Of a DNA stretch of 64,000 nt, positions 40,609 to 50,084 are shown piece after piece (the first letter of the stretch is position 1; every line of letters begins with the position of its first letter). Below the pieces are notes generated by a model. The model did no database searches, had not been told where the DNA came from, and saw nothing but the letters and a program-made list of their open reading frames with translations. This DNA comes from an uncultured archaeon (lineage in GTDB: Archaea; Thermoproteota; Nitrososphaeria; Nitrososphaerales; Gagatemarchaeaceae), in assembly GCA_963799775.1 (NCBI GenBank), contig CAWCYD010000002.1, positions 128,001-192,000 of the forward strand. The letters run 5' to 3'. The position numbers were made by a program, and so were the translations under genes.

Positions 40609-41423
40609 TTGGTCTCGGTAGTCAACTTTGCGGTTGGCAAGGAGCTCCTTATCGGCAGGACCATGAACTCGAACGCCTACTGGATCGGAGGGAGGCTCTA
40701 CAGGATGGGCTCGATGCTCGAGAGGTCATTACCGTGACAGACTCGCTGGAGGAAATCTCGACCGGCATCAAGGAGCTGCTCACCGGCCATCCTGATTTCA
40801 TCATAGTCGTCGGCGGCCTCGGCCCAACCCCTGACGACATGACCCTGAAGGGGATAGCGCTGGGCCTCGGACTGAAGCTCAGGCTGGACAAAGACGCTAT
40901 CGACCTGATCAAGCAGCACATGACGAAGACGGGCAGAGAGTTCGAGATGACTCCTGCTAGGCGCAAGATGGCAATGATCCCCGAAGGAGGGAAGCCGTTG
41001 AGGAACGACCTGGGAACGGCACCCGGGGTGCGGCTCACGGCGGGCAAGGGGACCGTCATCTACTGCCTGCCCGGCGTGCCCCGGGAGATGAGGAACATCT
41101 TCGTCCACTTCGCTGAGAAGGAGATAAGGGCCAATCTTGGGGAGATGCACATCGCCAAGGTCATGATGAAGCTGAGCGGCGTCTACGAGGCCGTCCTCGC
41201 CCCCGCGATAGGCGAGGCGCTGAGATTGCATCCAGAGGCATACATCAAGTCTCACCCGAAGCGCCTGAAGGAAGGAGTCCCGAAGCTCGAGCTCGACGTC
41301 ACAGTGACCTCTCGCGACCTGAAGACAGCGCGCGCGACCTACTCGGAGCTGCTCGCCCTCTTGACGAGGAAGATAGGCGAGCTGGGCGGGACGATAACCG
41401 CGCAGCGAGAGACGGTCAGATAG
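40609..41423 (+). CDS. CinA-N/molybdopterin-binding domain protein (indel near 40725)
   Basis: VGKELLIGRTMNSNAYW, GGLGPTPDDMT, GTAPG, LPGVPREM, YIKSHP. Confidence 0.88.
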
Positions 41424-41474
41424 GGCTACGGGAAGCGCTAGGTTTATTCTCGCTCGGGCCGTCAAGAGAACAGT

Positions 41475-42235
41475 TTGAACCTCATCTTTCTCACAGGGAC
41501 AGCTGGGGCTGGCAAGTCCCTGCTCACGGCCTCGTTGTTGAGCTGGTATCACGAAAAGTCCCAGAGCGCGATAAGCGTGAACCTCGACCCGGGCGTCCTG
41601 GCTCTGCCCTACGAACCCGACGTCGACGTCAGGACCATGATCGACATCCAGGAGATCATGAGCAAGTATTCCCTTGGCCCCAACGGGGCCCTCGTGTTCG
41701 CGAGCGACCTCATAGCGAGCAAGCTGCCCGAGATACAGGACCAAATCGACGAGTCGAACGCGGACTTTGCCGTCGTTGACACGCCGGGGCAGGTCGAGCT
41801 CTTCGCGTTCAGGGAGAGCGGGCGTACGTCGCGAGGGGGCTCAACGCCGACTCGAAGGCACTCCTGTTCCTCATCGACTCGATGGTGGCCTCGACCGCGA
41901 CGAACCTCCTCTCCCTGCTCCTACTGGCGACCTCGGTGCAGTTGAGGATGAAGCTCCCCCTTCTCCGCGTCCTCTCGAAGACGGACCTGGCGCGAAACCC
42001 CAAGGAGATAGTGAAGTGGGGGAGAGAGGCCGCGGCGTTCGAACAGGCCCTCGCGGACGACAAGGCCGGCGGGGACTCGTACACGTTCTACACCCAGCTC
42101 TTCAGAGCCCTGAGGCACGCCTCGATCACTCCGGACCTATACCCCGTCTCGGGTTACACGAGGGATGGCTTCATCGCGCTGGTCGGAGAGCTCTCTAGGA
42201 TATCGAGTGGCGGAGAGGAGCTCGAGGAGTCCTGA
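41475..42235 (+). CDS. GPN-loop GTPase (indel near 41822)
   Basis: GTAGAGKS, VNLDPG, LGPNG, DTPGQVELF, SKTD. Confidence 0.92.
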
Positions 42236-42555
42236 AGGCTACGAAATTAGACAGCCGCTGAAATCCTACATGAAACTAAGAGAAGGCTCGTTCTTTTCAC
42301 CTCGGGAACTTTGTCGTGGCGTGAGTCGACGAATGGGGAGATGCGGTCCTGCTTCACTTCCTCTAACCTGCCGATTTGGGACGGTCAGTTTCTTGAGCGG
42401 CGGCGCTGATCCGTATTCTTGGCTTCGGCATATTTCGAAACGAGTCTAGAACCGGAAAGGGGCAACGAAGGAATATGTGCAATAGCCCGGCCAGGGACCA
42501 CACCGATAGGGAGGCTCCCGTGAACTCGCGGCATAACGGGCCCGACCAGATGCGT

Positions 42556-42843
42556 CTAATCGCCTGCCATGGCGAATATGCTTATCAGGGCGACGACGAG
42601 GAACGCGATTCCGGCATAGAAGAAACTGCCCGTAACGAACCAGACGAGAACCGCGACGAGAATGGCCGGTAATAGGACTATGGCGGCAGCCACAATAAAT
42701 ACGATAATCAGCACGCCTATTACCAGAAGGAGAACGCCGCCGAACAGGTCGGCTATCCCATTCAGGATTCTTTCTCCTACGTACAGGGGTGCGTTCGATA
42801 ACGCTTGAATCAAGCCGAGCAGGAAAGCGTCTAGAACCATCAT
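42556..42843 (-). CDS. small membrane protein
   Basis: Almost wholly hydrophobic C-terminal half. Confidence 0.6.
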   Translation of the reverse strand: MMVLDAFLLGLIQALSNAPLYVGERILNGIADLFGGVLLLVIGVLIIVFIVAAAIVLLPAILVAVLVWFVTGSFFYAGIAFLVVALISIFAMAGD

Positions 42844-43038
42844 GAAAGCAGAACTCTATTCCCGGAATGCGAAGTGAGCCTCGATTATAAAAGCGAGAGG
42901 GCTGCCCGCCAGAGAGGCTGCGTCAATCGACTCAAAGACCAAGTTCTCCAAGGACGAAAGAGGAGCAAGATGAAGGAATTCTATCTCCATGTAATGGAAC
43001 GCGGTTATGAACCCCGTAAACGGGGACTGGCGCAGGCC

Positions 43039-43584
43039 TTACTTCATCCTGCTTCTAAGCACGAATCCCAGGCCTCCAAGAACGACGCCGAGAGCTGCCA
43101 GGAGAACTAACGCGCCAATTGGGTCAACAAGCGGACCGAGATACTGCACGTGGATTTGCTCGCCCGTTAGACCTAGGCCTCCCTGCGCGGTCGAGGCAGC
43201 TGCATAGCCTCCCTCCCAACCCCCATAAATCATCAGGAGCATGGAGAGAGCTACTCCCACGTTCATGAGGAAGTAGTGCCCCCAGGCGAGGTAATTCGTC
43301 GGACCGTGGTATACCTTGCCTCTGACATCTTCGATGTAAAAGTAGAAAACCGCGGTGACCGCGACCGCGACCACGCCGACGACCAGATAAAGGAGGTAGC
43401 CTACGATCATCCACGTTCCTCCTCCACCTCCCGCAACTACCATGGCTGGGCTGAAGTACGATTTGATGTTGAAGTAGGTCCATGGCTCCACGATGAGCAC
43501 TGTGATCATGGTTACGATTGCGCCTTGGACAATGGCTGCCCCGATGAATCTTCCAGCCCACCTTCCTTGCATCTGTAGCATCAT
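43039..43584 (-). CDS. 4-TM membrane protein, weakly similar to the C-terminal part of heme-copper oxidase subunit I
   Basis: FYFYIE...GKVY...LAWGHYFLMNVG pattern. Confidence 0.55.
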   Translation of the reverse strand: MMLQMQGRWAGRFIGAAIVQGAIVTMITVLIVEPWTYFNIKSYFSPAMVVAGGGGGTWMIVGYLLYLVVGVVAVAVTAVFYFYIEDVRGKVYHGPTNYLAWGHYFLMNVGVALSMLLMIYGGWEGGYAAASTAQGGLGLTGEQIHVQYLGPLVDPIGALVLLAALGVVLGGLGFVLRSRMK

Positions 43585-44025
43585 ATCTTGTGCCCTCTTT
43601 TCATTCGGTGTGATACTTTACAATGATGCAGAGAGGCTCGACCGTCACTCGACTCTCGTTGCTCTGTAGTCGACGTCATTTTCTCTCTGAACTTCGCTGA
43701 GTTAAGGACAGTTGAGAAACTTATAAGGCCTGGACACAATTCTCAGGTTCGAGAACAGGAAGTAACAATCCCTCGCTTTTCTTAGAGAAGCTACGCAATT
43801 GGGAAGCTGCATTCAACCGAATCAAAGAGCAATTCGTCGGGTGCGAAGAAACGGGTTTCCACCTAGGCTGGCTTTGCCACCATGAATTAGCTGGTCACGA
43901 TGGACCCACGCTTGGTCCTCGTCCCCTCTGAATCCGACGCCGGCGGCTGCTTCGCTCTGCCTCGCCCAACCCGTGTACGCCACGAATAATACGCCGATTG
44001 GGCATACCCTGAGGGCAGAGAATCC

Positions 44026-44214
44026 ATGTCCGAACACGAGTCCTATGAGGAGGACTGGGATGAAATGGAGAAAGAGGAGAAGGAGACTGAAAAAGAGGAG
44101 GCCGAGTCAGACGCGGAGGAGCCGGGAAAGTATGAGCCCGAAGCTGTCGTTGACAAGGAGCCCCATCCGTTGAGGCGAGAGAGAAAGCAAACGAAGCGTC
44201 CTCGCAGGAAATAG
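44026..44214 (+). CDS. acidic N-terminal / basic C-terminal disordered microprotein
   Basis: EEDWDEMEKEEKETEKEEAE...RRERKQTKRPRRK. Confidence 0.45.
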   Translation: MSEHESYEEDWDEMEKEEKETEKEEAESDAEEPGKYEPEAVVDKEPHPLRRERKQTKRPRRK

Positions 44215-44285
44215 CCCGTAAAGGCCAGCCCCAGACTCGAGCGGAAAGGGCTTGCGGTCTTTTCACCGTGCATAGGGGTTCATTG

Positions 44286-44343
44286 CGCCTCCGCCGGGGA
44301 TTCCTAGTCTATTGCCCTAGCCCGAAAGGCTGACTACGGTTGC
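44286..44343 (-). pseudogene. degenerate tRNA-like remnant (3' end CCCGG CGGAGGC G)
   Basis: GCAACCG TA GTC AGCC...TA GGGC A ATAGA CTAGGAA TC CCCGG CGGAGGC G; acceptor stem pairs 5/7; segment between anticodon loop and T-loop absent. Confidence 0.45.
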
Positions 44344-44355
44344 CTCCTTTGCCTA

Positions 44356-45138
44356 TCATCCGACCTGGAAATAGGCGTAGTCCGTCTGGTTCAGAAAGTC
44401 TTCAGCTAACAGCGTGTATTGACCTGCTGGCAGAGGATGGAAGTGGCTCGAGCTCGTCGGCGCATTGTCGAATTCCAAGTTCGTCGCGTCCCAATATCCA
44501 AAGAGACCGCCATCCGGACCGCATGATCCGCTCCCTAGCCCAGGTGAAGATTGGCACGATGCATTGTTCACAATAAGGTAGATAGGAACGGGCGGACCTA
44601 AAGGTGCAGGCGGACCTAAGAGCGCCTGGTCGCTTCCGTCTAGGAAGGTCAACGAGTACGACCCGGGAACGTTGACTGATGTGCAAGGCAATCCCACAGA
44701 GGGCACTAGTTGAAGGGGTGTCGCTGCAGAAGAATTCTGGCTTGTGTAATGACCGGTGAACAGAGCAAAGCCAATGATCTTCGAGATAGATGTCGAGCCG
44801 CAGAGGAAGTCATCGTACCCCCATTGCGTGAGCAAAGGGTTCGACGAGTTGTCCAAGATGGTGTAATTGGCCATTGTGAGGCTGGATAGAGAGACGCGGA
44901 CCCCGAGGGCACCTCCAACCGGAATCCTAGTGGTGTTCAGCCAGACTTGTATCTGAAGCTCGGGCGAACCTGGAAGGGGAGGTATTGACGAGTAGGTTCC
45001 TGGCGGCGGCTGAATGAAAGTCGAGGTCGAAGTCGGGGAGATTTGGGAGCTTTCGAACAAGGGGAGAGCAATCAAGGCGAGGACTCCAACCGTGATTGCC
45101 GCTTGCGCGGCGACGAACGCGCCCTCCTTCCTTCTCAT
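44356..45138 (-). CDS. membrane-anchored secreted protein
   Basis: ATG at 45138 overlaps the upstream stop (ATGA); N-terminal TM; GHYTSQN...PLQL...C; LPAGQYTLLAED. Confidence 0.65.
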   Translation of the reverse strand: MRRKEGAFVAAQAAITVGVLALIALPLFESSQISPTSTSTFIQPPPGTYSSIPPLPGSPELQIQVWLNTTRIPVGGALGVRVSLSSLTMANYTILDNSSNPLLTQWGYDDFLCGSTSISKIIGFALFTGHYTSQNSSAATPLQLVPSVGLPCTSVNVPGSYSLTFLDGSDQALLGPPAPLGPPVPIYLIVNNASCQSSPGLGSGSCGPDGGLFGYWDATNLEFDNAPTSSSHFHPLPAGQYTLLAEDFLNQTDYAYFQVG

Positions 45139-45446
45139 CGAACCCTCCGAACCAGCGAGGAGGTGTAAGCCTCTTGGTGCTCGCTTGGGCGACGTCCTTC
45201 GACAACTGCCCATCCTATCAGGACCAGGCCAACCACCAACACGAACGCCGAAGCACCGGCGACTTGAGTCTGCCAGAAACCTAGCTCCGCAGGGCAGTTG
45301 CACGTCAGCGTCTGGCCTGGAGGAGCCGTGTGGGTGTCACAGTAGCAGGACGACGAGCCAGAGGAGAGAAGGACCAGCCCCAGGAAGATCAGGAAGGCGC
45401 CCAGACCTCCGAGCACCAGAACCTTCGGAAGTTGTCCTTCGTCCAT
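45135..45446 (-). CDS. two-TM protein with Cys-rich loop (CxC...CxC)
   Basis: TM-SCYCD...TCNCP-TM; translationally coupled to the next gene. Confidence 0.6.
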   Translation of the reverse strand: MDEGQLPKVLVLGGLGAFLIFLGLVLLSSGSSSCYCDTHTAPPGQTLTCNCPAELGFWQTQVAGASAFVLVVGLVLIGWAVVEGRRPSEHQEAYTSSLVRRVR

Positions 45447-45691
45447 AGTGTCATTGAGCGAGGACGCGATATTTACGGGACGTGTCTATCCTAGCGTCCA
45501 AGATTTTGAAGTCAGACTTAAATGGATTTATTGCAAGAATCCGCGCAGATTAGTCGACACTCCGCCGGGGCATTTCATCCGCACGTTGAGCCATAGGTAG
45601 TGGACGGGCTGAACTGGTCGCCGAAGCTTCCAGCGTACAGCCTCACCATCATGAAGGTGCGCATTAGGCCGGCGCACTTTATGGGCTCTGC

Positions 45692-46021
45692 TTGCGCGAC
45701 CATAGCAAGTTCAAGATAACGGTGAAGGGCGAGCCGAAGTTCGCAGCGTTCTTCTTGAATCTGAGGGATGCGCAACTGAAGAAGCGGATCGGTGACGTGT
45801 TGGACACGATAAAGGAGCATCCGGACACAGGTGACCTGGTCGAGCACGCGCTATGGCCTGACGAGTACGAGAGCTTGGCGCTGGATAACCTCCTCCGAAT
45901 CGAGGTGGGGAGAGGGAGGCGCATGACCTACATGATAAGGATCGAAGGAGAGAATCTCGACGTGGACGTGATCGAGTTCTTCGCTACCCACAAGGAATAC
46001 GAAAAGCGGTTCCACTATTAG
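45692..46021 (+). CDS. RelE/ParE-fold toxin-like protein
   Basis: LKKRIGDVLDTIKEHPDTG...NLLRIEVGRGRRMTY...HKEYEKRFHY. Confidence 0.65.
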   Translation: MRDHSKFKITVKGEPKFAAFFLNLRDAQLKKRIGDVLDTIKEHPDTGDLVEHALWPDEYESLALDNLLRIEVGRGRRMTYMIRIEGENLDVDVIEFFATHKEYEKRFHY

Positions 46022-46293
46022 CGGAGCCTGACGCTTCTCTCGAAGAGCAGCTTGAGCTTCGGGTTGTCAGCGGCGACCCAGACGATCCTGTCTTCCTTGT
46101 AGATTATCTTGTTCGACGCTTCGAGGTAGTCCAAGATCTGCTTGAAAGTTTGGTACTCCATGCCCTTGGGAAGCGACTTCCAGAGCTCGGTCCTCGTGGG
46201 GTAGTCCGCCTTTTTGATCAGGTCGACTATCTGCTTCTCCACCATGAGCATGGTGTCGAGCTTCGGCGAGTGAGTCACACTGCAGACTGACAC
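46018..46293 (-). CDS. winged-helix protein, candidate partner of the RelE-like gene
   Basis: HSPKLDTMLMVE...TELWKSLPKGMEYQTFKQILDYLEASNKI. Confidence 0.7.
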   Translation of the reverse strand: MSVCSVTHSPKLDTMLMVEKQIVDLIKKADYPTRTELWKSLPKGMEYQTFKQILDYLEASNKIIYKEDRIVWVAADNPKLKLLFERSVRLR

Positions 46294-46398
46294 ATTTGCG
46301 AAGCCTAATCATATAAACTTATGTAATTCGAGATGTGATCGGGAACAAAGAGTTCATTTGCGCCTCCGCCGCATTACCCAAATGGCCTTACCTCAAAG

Positions 46399-46785
46399 GT
46401 GGCGGATACCAAAACTTCGGAACGGTCGACGTCACCTATCCTTAGTTATCCAAGACTTGAAATGGGAATTCTGTTTCGCAGATTGGCTTCGGAAGAACTG
46501 AAGCGAAATTCATGTACCGTCAATCAGGTTAGGTTTCCGGCGGGACAACAAAGCGAGCGTCCCGAGAAGGTGGTCCTTCCAGATGGCTCGGTCAAGGAGA
46601 TGCTAGAAGGGTTCGCTCTTACCGACATGGTTAGAAACGCGGATGGAAAGCTAAAAGAGGTTCCAATGCTCGCATCTTCCAAGACCGAGACGAGGGTTTC
46701 GCGAGACGCTTGGGATCGTGAATGGGAGGGAATTGTGAGGGAATATGGGAAGAGACTGGCAGTCGGCGTTGATTGCCACTTGTGA
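46399..46785 (+). CDS. hypothetical protein (start uncertain)
   Basis: ORF only. Confidence 0.35.
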   Translation: MADTKTSERSTSPILSYPRLEMGILFRRLASEELKRNSCTVNQVRFPAGQQSERPEKVVLPDGSVKEMLEGFALTDMVRNADGKLKEVPMLASSKTETRVSRDAWDREWEGIVREYGKRLAVGVDCHL

Positions 46786-46943
46786 TCCTCTTCAGACAAC
46801 AACATTCGATGCGCGGCTGGGGACGAGCGAAAACGGGCTTGGCCAAGGGAATCCGCAGCGAGAAGGCCATTTGTGTTCGAAACAAGGCGTCTCCTTGCGA
46901 ATCCAGCAGCTTTAAGAGCCGCTCACCATAAGGTTCGGAAGTA

Positions 46944-47997
46944 ATGGCTTTCCGCTTCCGAGGATGCTACACGGCTATGACGACCCCCTTCGACTCGAAG
47001 AGGAGGGTGAACTTTCCGAAGCTAAAGGCCCTGACGGAATTCCAGAAGGAGCAAGGGATCCGAGGAGTGGTCCCCGCCGGCACCACCGGAGAGAGCCCCA
47101 CGCTCAGCTGGAAAGAGCACTACAAGGTAATCGAGACGTGCTTCGAGGCCGCGGGCTCGACGGCGGAGACAATCGCCGGGACGGGCTCCAACAGCACCGA
47201 AGAATCGATCGAGGCGACCCGACACATCTACGACGTCGGGATGCGCGCGGCCCTTCTCGTCGACCCCTACTACAACGGCCCGAGTTCGTTGGAGATCAGG
47301 AAGGAGTACTACGAGCCCATCGCGAGAGCCTTCCCCGAGGTCCAGATGGTCCCTTACGTCATACCCGGGAGGACAGGCACACAGCTCCTTCCCCAGGCAC
47401 CTTGCCATCCTCGCGCGCGAGAACCCCAACCTCCAGGCGGTCAAGGAGGCCACCGGGAGCGTAGAGAACGCGCGCATGACCAGGAAGCTCTGCGGGCCAG
47501 AGTTCTCAATAATGTCCGGCGACGACGACCTGACCCTGACCTTCATGGAGGACGACGCGATAAACTGCTCCGGGGCCATATCAGTCGTCTCCAACATCGC
47601 CCCCCGCGCCTGCGAGGACCTCACCGAGGCCGCTCTCGCCGGCAACCGCGAGGAGGCGGACCGCATCGGCGCTCTCCTTCAGCCGCTGTTCGCGATGGTG
47701 ACTGTCAAGACCCAGGAGAACACCCCGTTCGGCCTGGTCACCGTCAAGACAAGGAACCCCCTCCCGGTCAAGACGATGATGAACATCCTTGGGATGGACG
47801 TCGGGCCGTGCAGAAGGCCCCTGGGGAAGGTGACCTCGCAGGCGGTAAAGCACATGGCCGAGGGGCTCAAGAAGGTCTGGATGCGGAATCCCGAGATACT
47901 GGAGCCCATAGAGAAAGGGTTCGACGTCTCGCTGGAGAAGAGGCTCAACGACGCGCGAAGCTTGGAAGGGTTGACCTACGATGCCATCTACGAGTGA
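46944..47997 (+). CDS. dapA: 4-hydroxy-tetrahydrodipicolinate synthase (indel near 47398)
   Basis: TAMTTPF, GTTGESPTL, AGTGSNST, PYYN, YVIPGRTG, VKEA, SGDD. Confidence 0.9.
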
Positions 47998-48802
47998 GCG
48001 CCTCCTTCGCGTCTGCTTGATCGGCGCCACCGGCCGCATGGGCACGCTCATCGCGAGAGAGGCGAAGAAGGAGAGATTCGAGATATCCGGAGCGGTCGCA
48101 GCGCCAGACGACCCGAACCTCGCGAGGACGCTACGCGAGATGGGGGTTCGGGACAGCGACACGCGGGTCTCGCCGCCCTCTGCCCTCGCGGGCCTGCTTC
48201 GCGAGAGCGACGTCTGCATCTCCTTCGCCAGCGCCCAGGCCGAGATGAGCAACCTACCCGCAATCGCTGCCGCAGGGGTCCCGTACGTCTCCGGGACGAC
48301 GGGCCTTACTCCGCAGCAACGGAAGGAAGTGGAGGCCGCGCTGCGGGGCCGGCTCCCGGCTGTCATAGCATCGAACTTCTCGGTGGGGGCGAACTTCCTC
48401 ATCGCGATCTCCGCCGCGCTCAAAGGCCTCCCCCAGGGGTTCGACGTGAGCATAGTCGAGTCGCACCACTCCGGAAAGGTCGACGCCCCGAGCGGCACGG
48501 CGCTCAGTATCGCCCAAGAGGTCTCGAAAGCCCGAGGCTACACGAAGACTGTCAGCGGCCGGAGCGGAGCCTCCAAGAGGGCGCCCGACGAGCTCGAGGT
48601 GATGTCGCTCAGAGGGGGTGGGACGCCAGGGATCCACACGGTCTATGCGTTCGGGCCGCAGGAGATGATAACGCTGGAGCACGTCGCCTTCTCGCGGTCC
48701 GCCTTCGCGCTCGGCGCCCTCCACGCAGCCGAGTGGGTCACCGCCAAGGGGCGCGAGCCGAGGGTCTACGGGATGGCAGAAGTCCTGGGCCTCAAGCTCT
48801 GA
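47981..48802 (+). CDS. dapB: 4-hydroxy-tetrahydrodipicolinate reductase
   Basis: GATGRMG, SGTTG, ASNFSVG, ESHHSGKVDAPSGTA, RSAFALGA. Confidence 0.93.
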   Translation: MPSTSERLLRVCLIGATGRMGTLIAREAKKERFEISGAVAAPDDPNLARTLREMGVRDSDTRVSPPSALAGLLRESDVCISFASAQAEMSNLPAIAAAGVPYVSGTTGLTPQQRKEVEAALRGRLPAVIASNFSVGANFLIAISAALKGLPQGFDVSIVESHHSGKVDAPSGTALSIAQEVSKARGYTKTVSGRSGASKRAPDELEVMSLRGGGTPGIHTVYAFGPQEMITLEHVAFSRSAFALGALHAAEWVTAKGREPRVYGMAEVLGLKL

Positions 48803-48812
48803 GCCCCGGGCC

Positions 48813-49991
48813 TCAGTTCTCGTAGAGGATCTCGTGCGTCTCGGGGAGCCCGTCGGTCAGGGGCTCGTAGCCGTTCTCGGTGACCAGGATCGTCTCGCCT
48901 ATCCTGCACCCTCCAACCTCGAGGTTGTCGTCGAGTGTGATGCAGGGCTCGATCGCTATCACGTGCCCGGGCCTCAGCTTTGCGTTCGGCTCGTCCATCC
49001 CGGGCTCGGGCGCCCAGGGGGGCTCGTAGACGTTGAGCCCTACCCCGTGGAGGATTGGCTGTATCCTGCTGAAGGAGTACCTCGAGTATCCGTACTCGTC
49101 CACGACCTTCTCCGCCGCGTCCCTGAGGTGGCGCGTCGTCGCCCCGGGGCGGGTCGCCTTTAGGGCTGCCGAGTAGGCATCGTAGGTTGCCGTGTAAACC
49201 CGCTTCTGGGCGGCCGTCGGGGTGCCGACTATCGTGGTCGTCGTGATGTCGGTGTTGTATCCCTTCCACAACGTCGCGTAGCCGAGGATCAGGAACTCCC
49301 CGCTCCTCACGACCCTGTCGGAGTCGTGCCTTGTCATGAGCCCCGTGTTGGGGCCGGCAAAAGTGGCGAGCGACCACGACATGCCCTCGGCGCCCATCTT
49401 CCTGGCCGCGTACTCCCCCTCCGCCGCGATCTCGTACTCCCGCATCCCGGGCCTGGCGTGCTCCAGAGCCGCCTCGATCGAGGCCTCGGTGGCCTTTGAC
49501 GCCTCCCGCATCAACGCAATCTCGCCGTCGAGCTTCACCGCCCTCCCCTCGGCGACCTCGGACCCCACATCCACGAGCTGTACCCCCTTCGAGACCTTCC
49601 GTAGCGCATGGAACCCTTCCAGGCCGAGTTGGTCGTATCCGACCCTCCCCTTCTTCACGTAGTCCCTGAAGACCTTCGATATCTCCTCCGCTCGGCCCAG
49701 CGAGTGCATCACCCTCATGTCGTCGACCCAGGGCATGAAGTGCTTGGCCCGGGTGTAGTCACCGGCCACGGTGAGGACGACGACCTCACCGCTCGACGTG
49801 ATGAAAGACGAGTAGCTGTTCTGGAACCACATGCTCACTACCGGACGGAAGTCGGTCGAGTATCTCACGTTCTCGATCTTGTTGAGCAGAAGACCGTCGA
49901 GCCCTTCCTTTTTCATGAACGAGGTCAGCTTCGCGATCTTCTTCTTTCTCAGGACCGCGGCGTCGGCCTTCTCCCGGCTCCTCTCCGTCAA
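48813..49991 (-). CDS. M24 Xaa-Pro peptidase/creatinase family protein
   Basis: ENVRY, RAVK...EI, GYNTDIT, HGVGLNVYEPP, IEP, GCRIGET; some metal ligands look substituted. Confidence 0.85.
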   Translation of the reverse strand: MTERSREKADAAVLRKKKIAKLTSFMKKEGLDGLLLNKIENVRYSTDFRPVVSMWFQNSYSSFITSSGEVVVLTVAGDYTRAKHFMPWVDDMRVMHSLGRAEEISKVFRDYVKKGRVGYDQLGLEGFHALRKVSKGVQLVDVGSEVAEGRAVKLDGEIALMREASKATEASIEAALEHARPGMREYEIAAEGEYAARKMGAEGMSWSLATFAGPNTGLMTRHDSDRVVRSGEFLILGYATLWKGYNTDITTTTIVGTPTAAQKRVYTATYDAYSAALKATRPGATTRHLRDAAEKVVDEYGYSRYSFSRIQPILHGVGLNVYEPPWAPEPGMDEPNAKLRPGHVIAIEPCITLDDNLEVGGCRIGETILVTENGYEPLTDGLPETHEILYEN

Positions 49992-50084
49992 GGTGTCTTC
50001 CGATTTCTTCCCCTCGCTGTCGTCTATAAAATGATGCTCGCCACGAGAGAACCTAAATCATCGAAGACCTGGAGCGGGAGCAAG

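Larger units (their letters stand above)
44278..46371. mobile_element. 2.1-kb islet flanked by tRNA-3'-end-like direct repeats; no integrase
   Basis: GTTCATTGCGCCTCCGCCG (44278-44296) and GTTCATTTGCGCCTCCGCCG (46352-46371); internal partial copy CTCCGCCGGGG (45560-45570). Confidence 0.6.
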
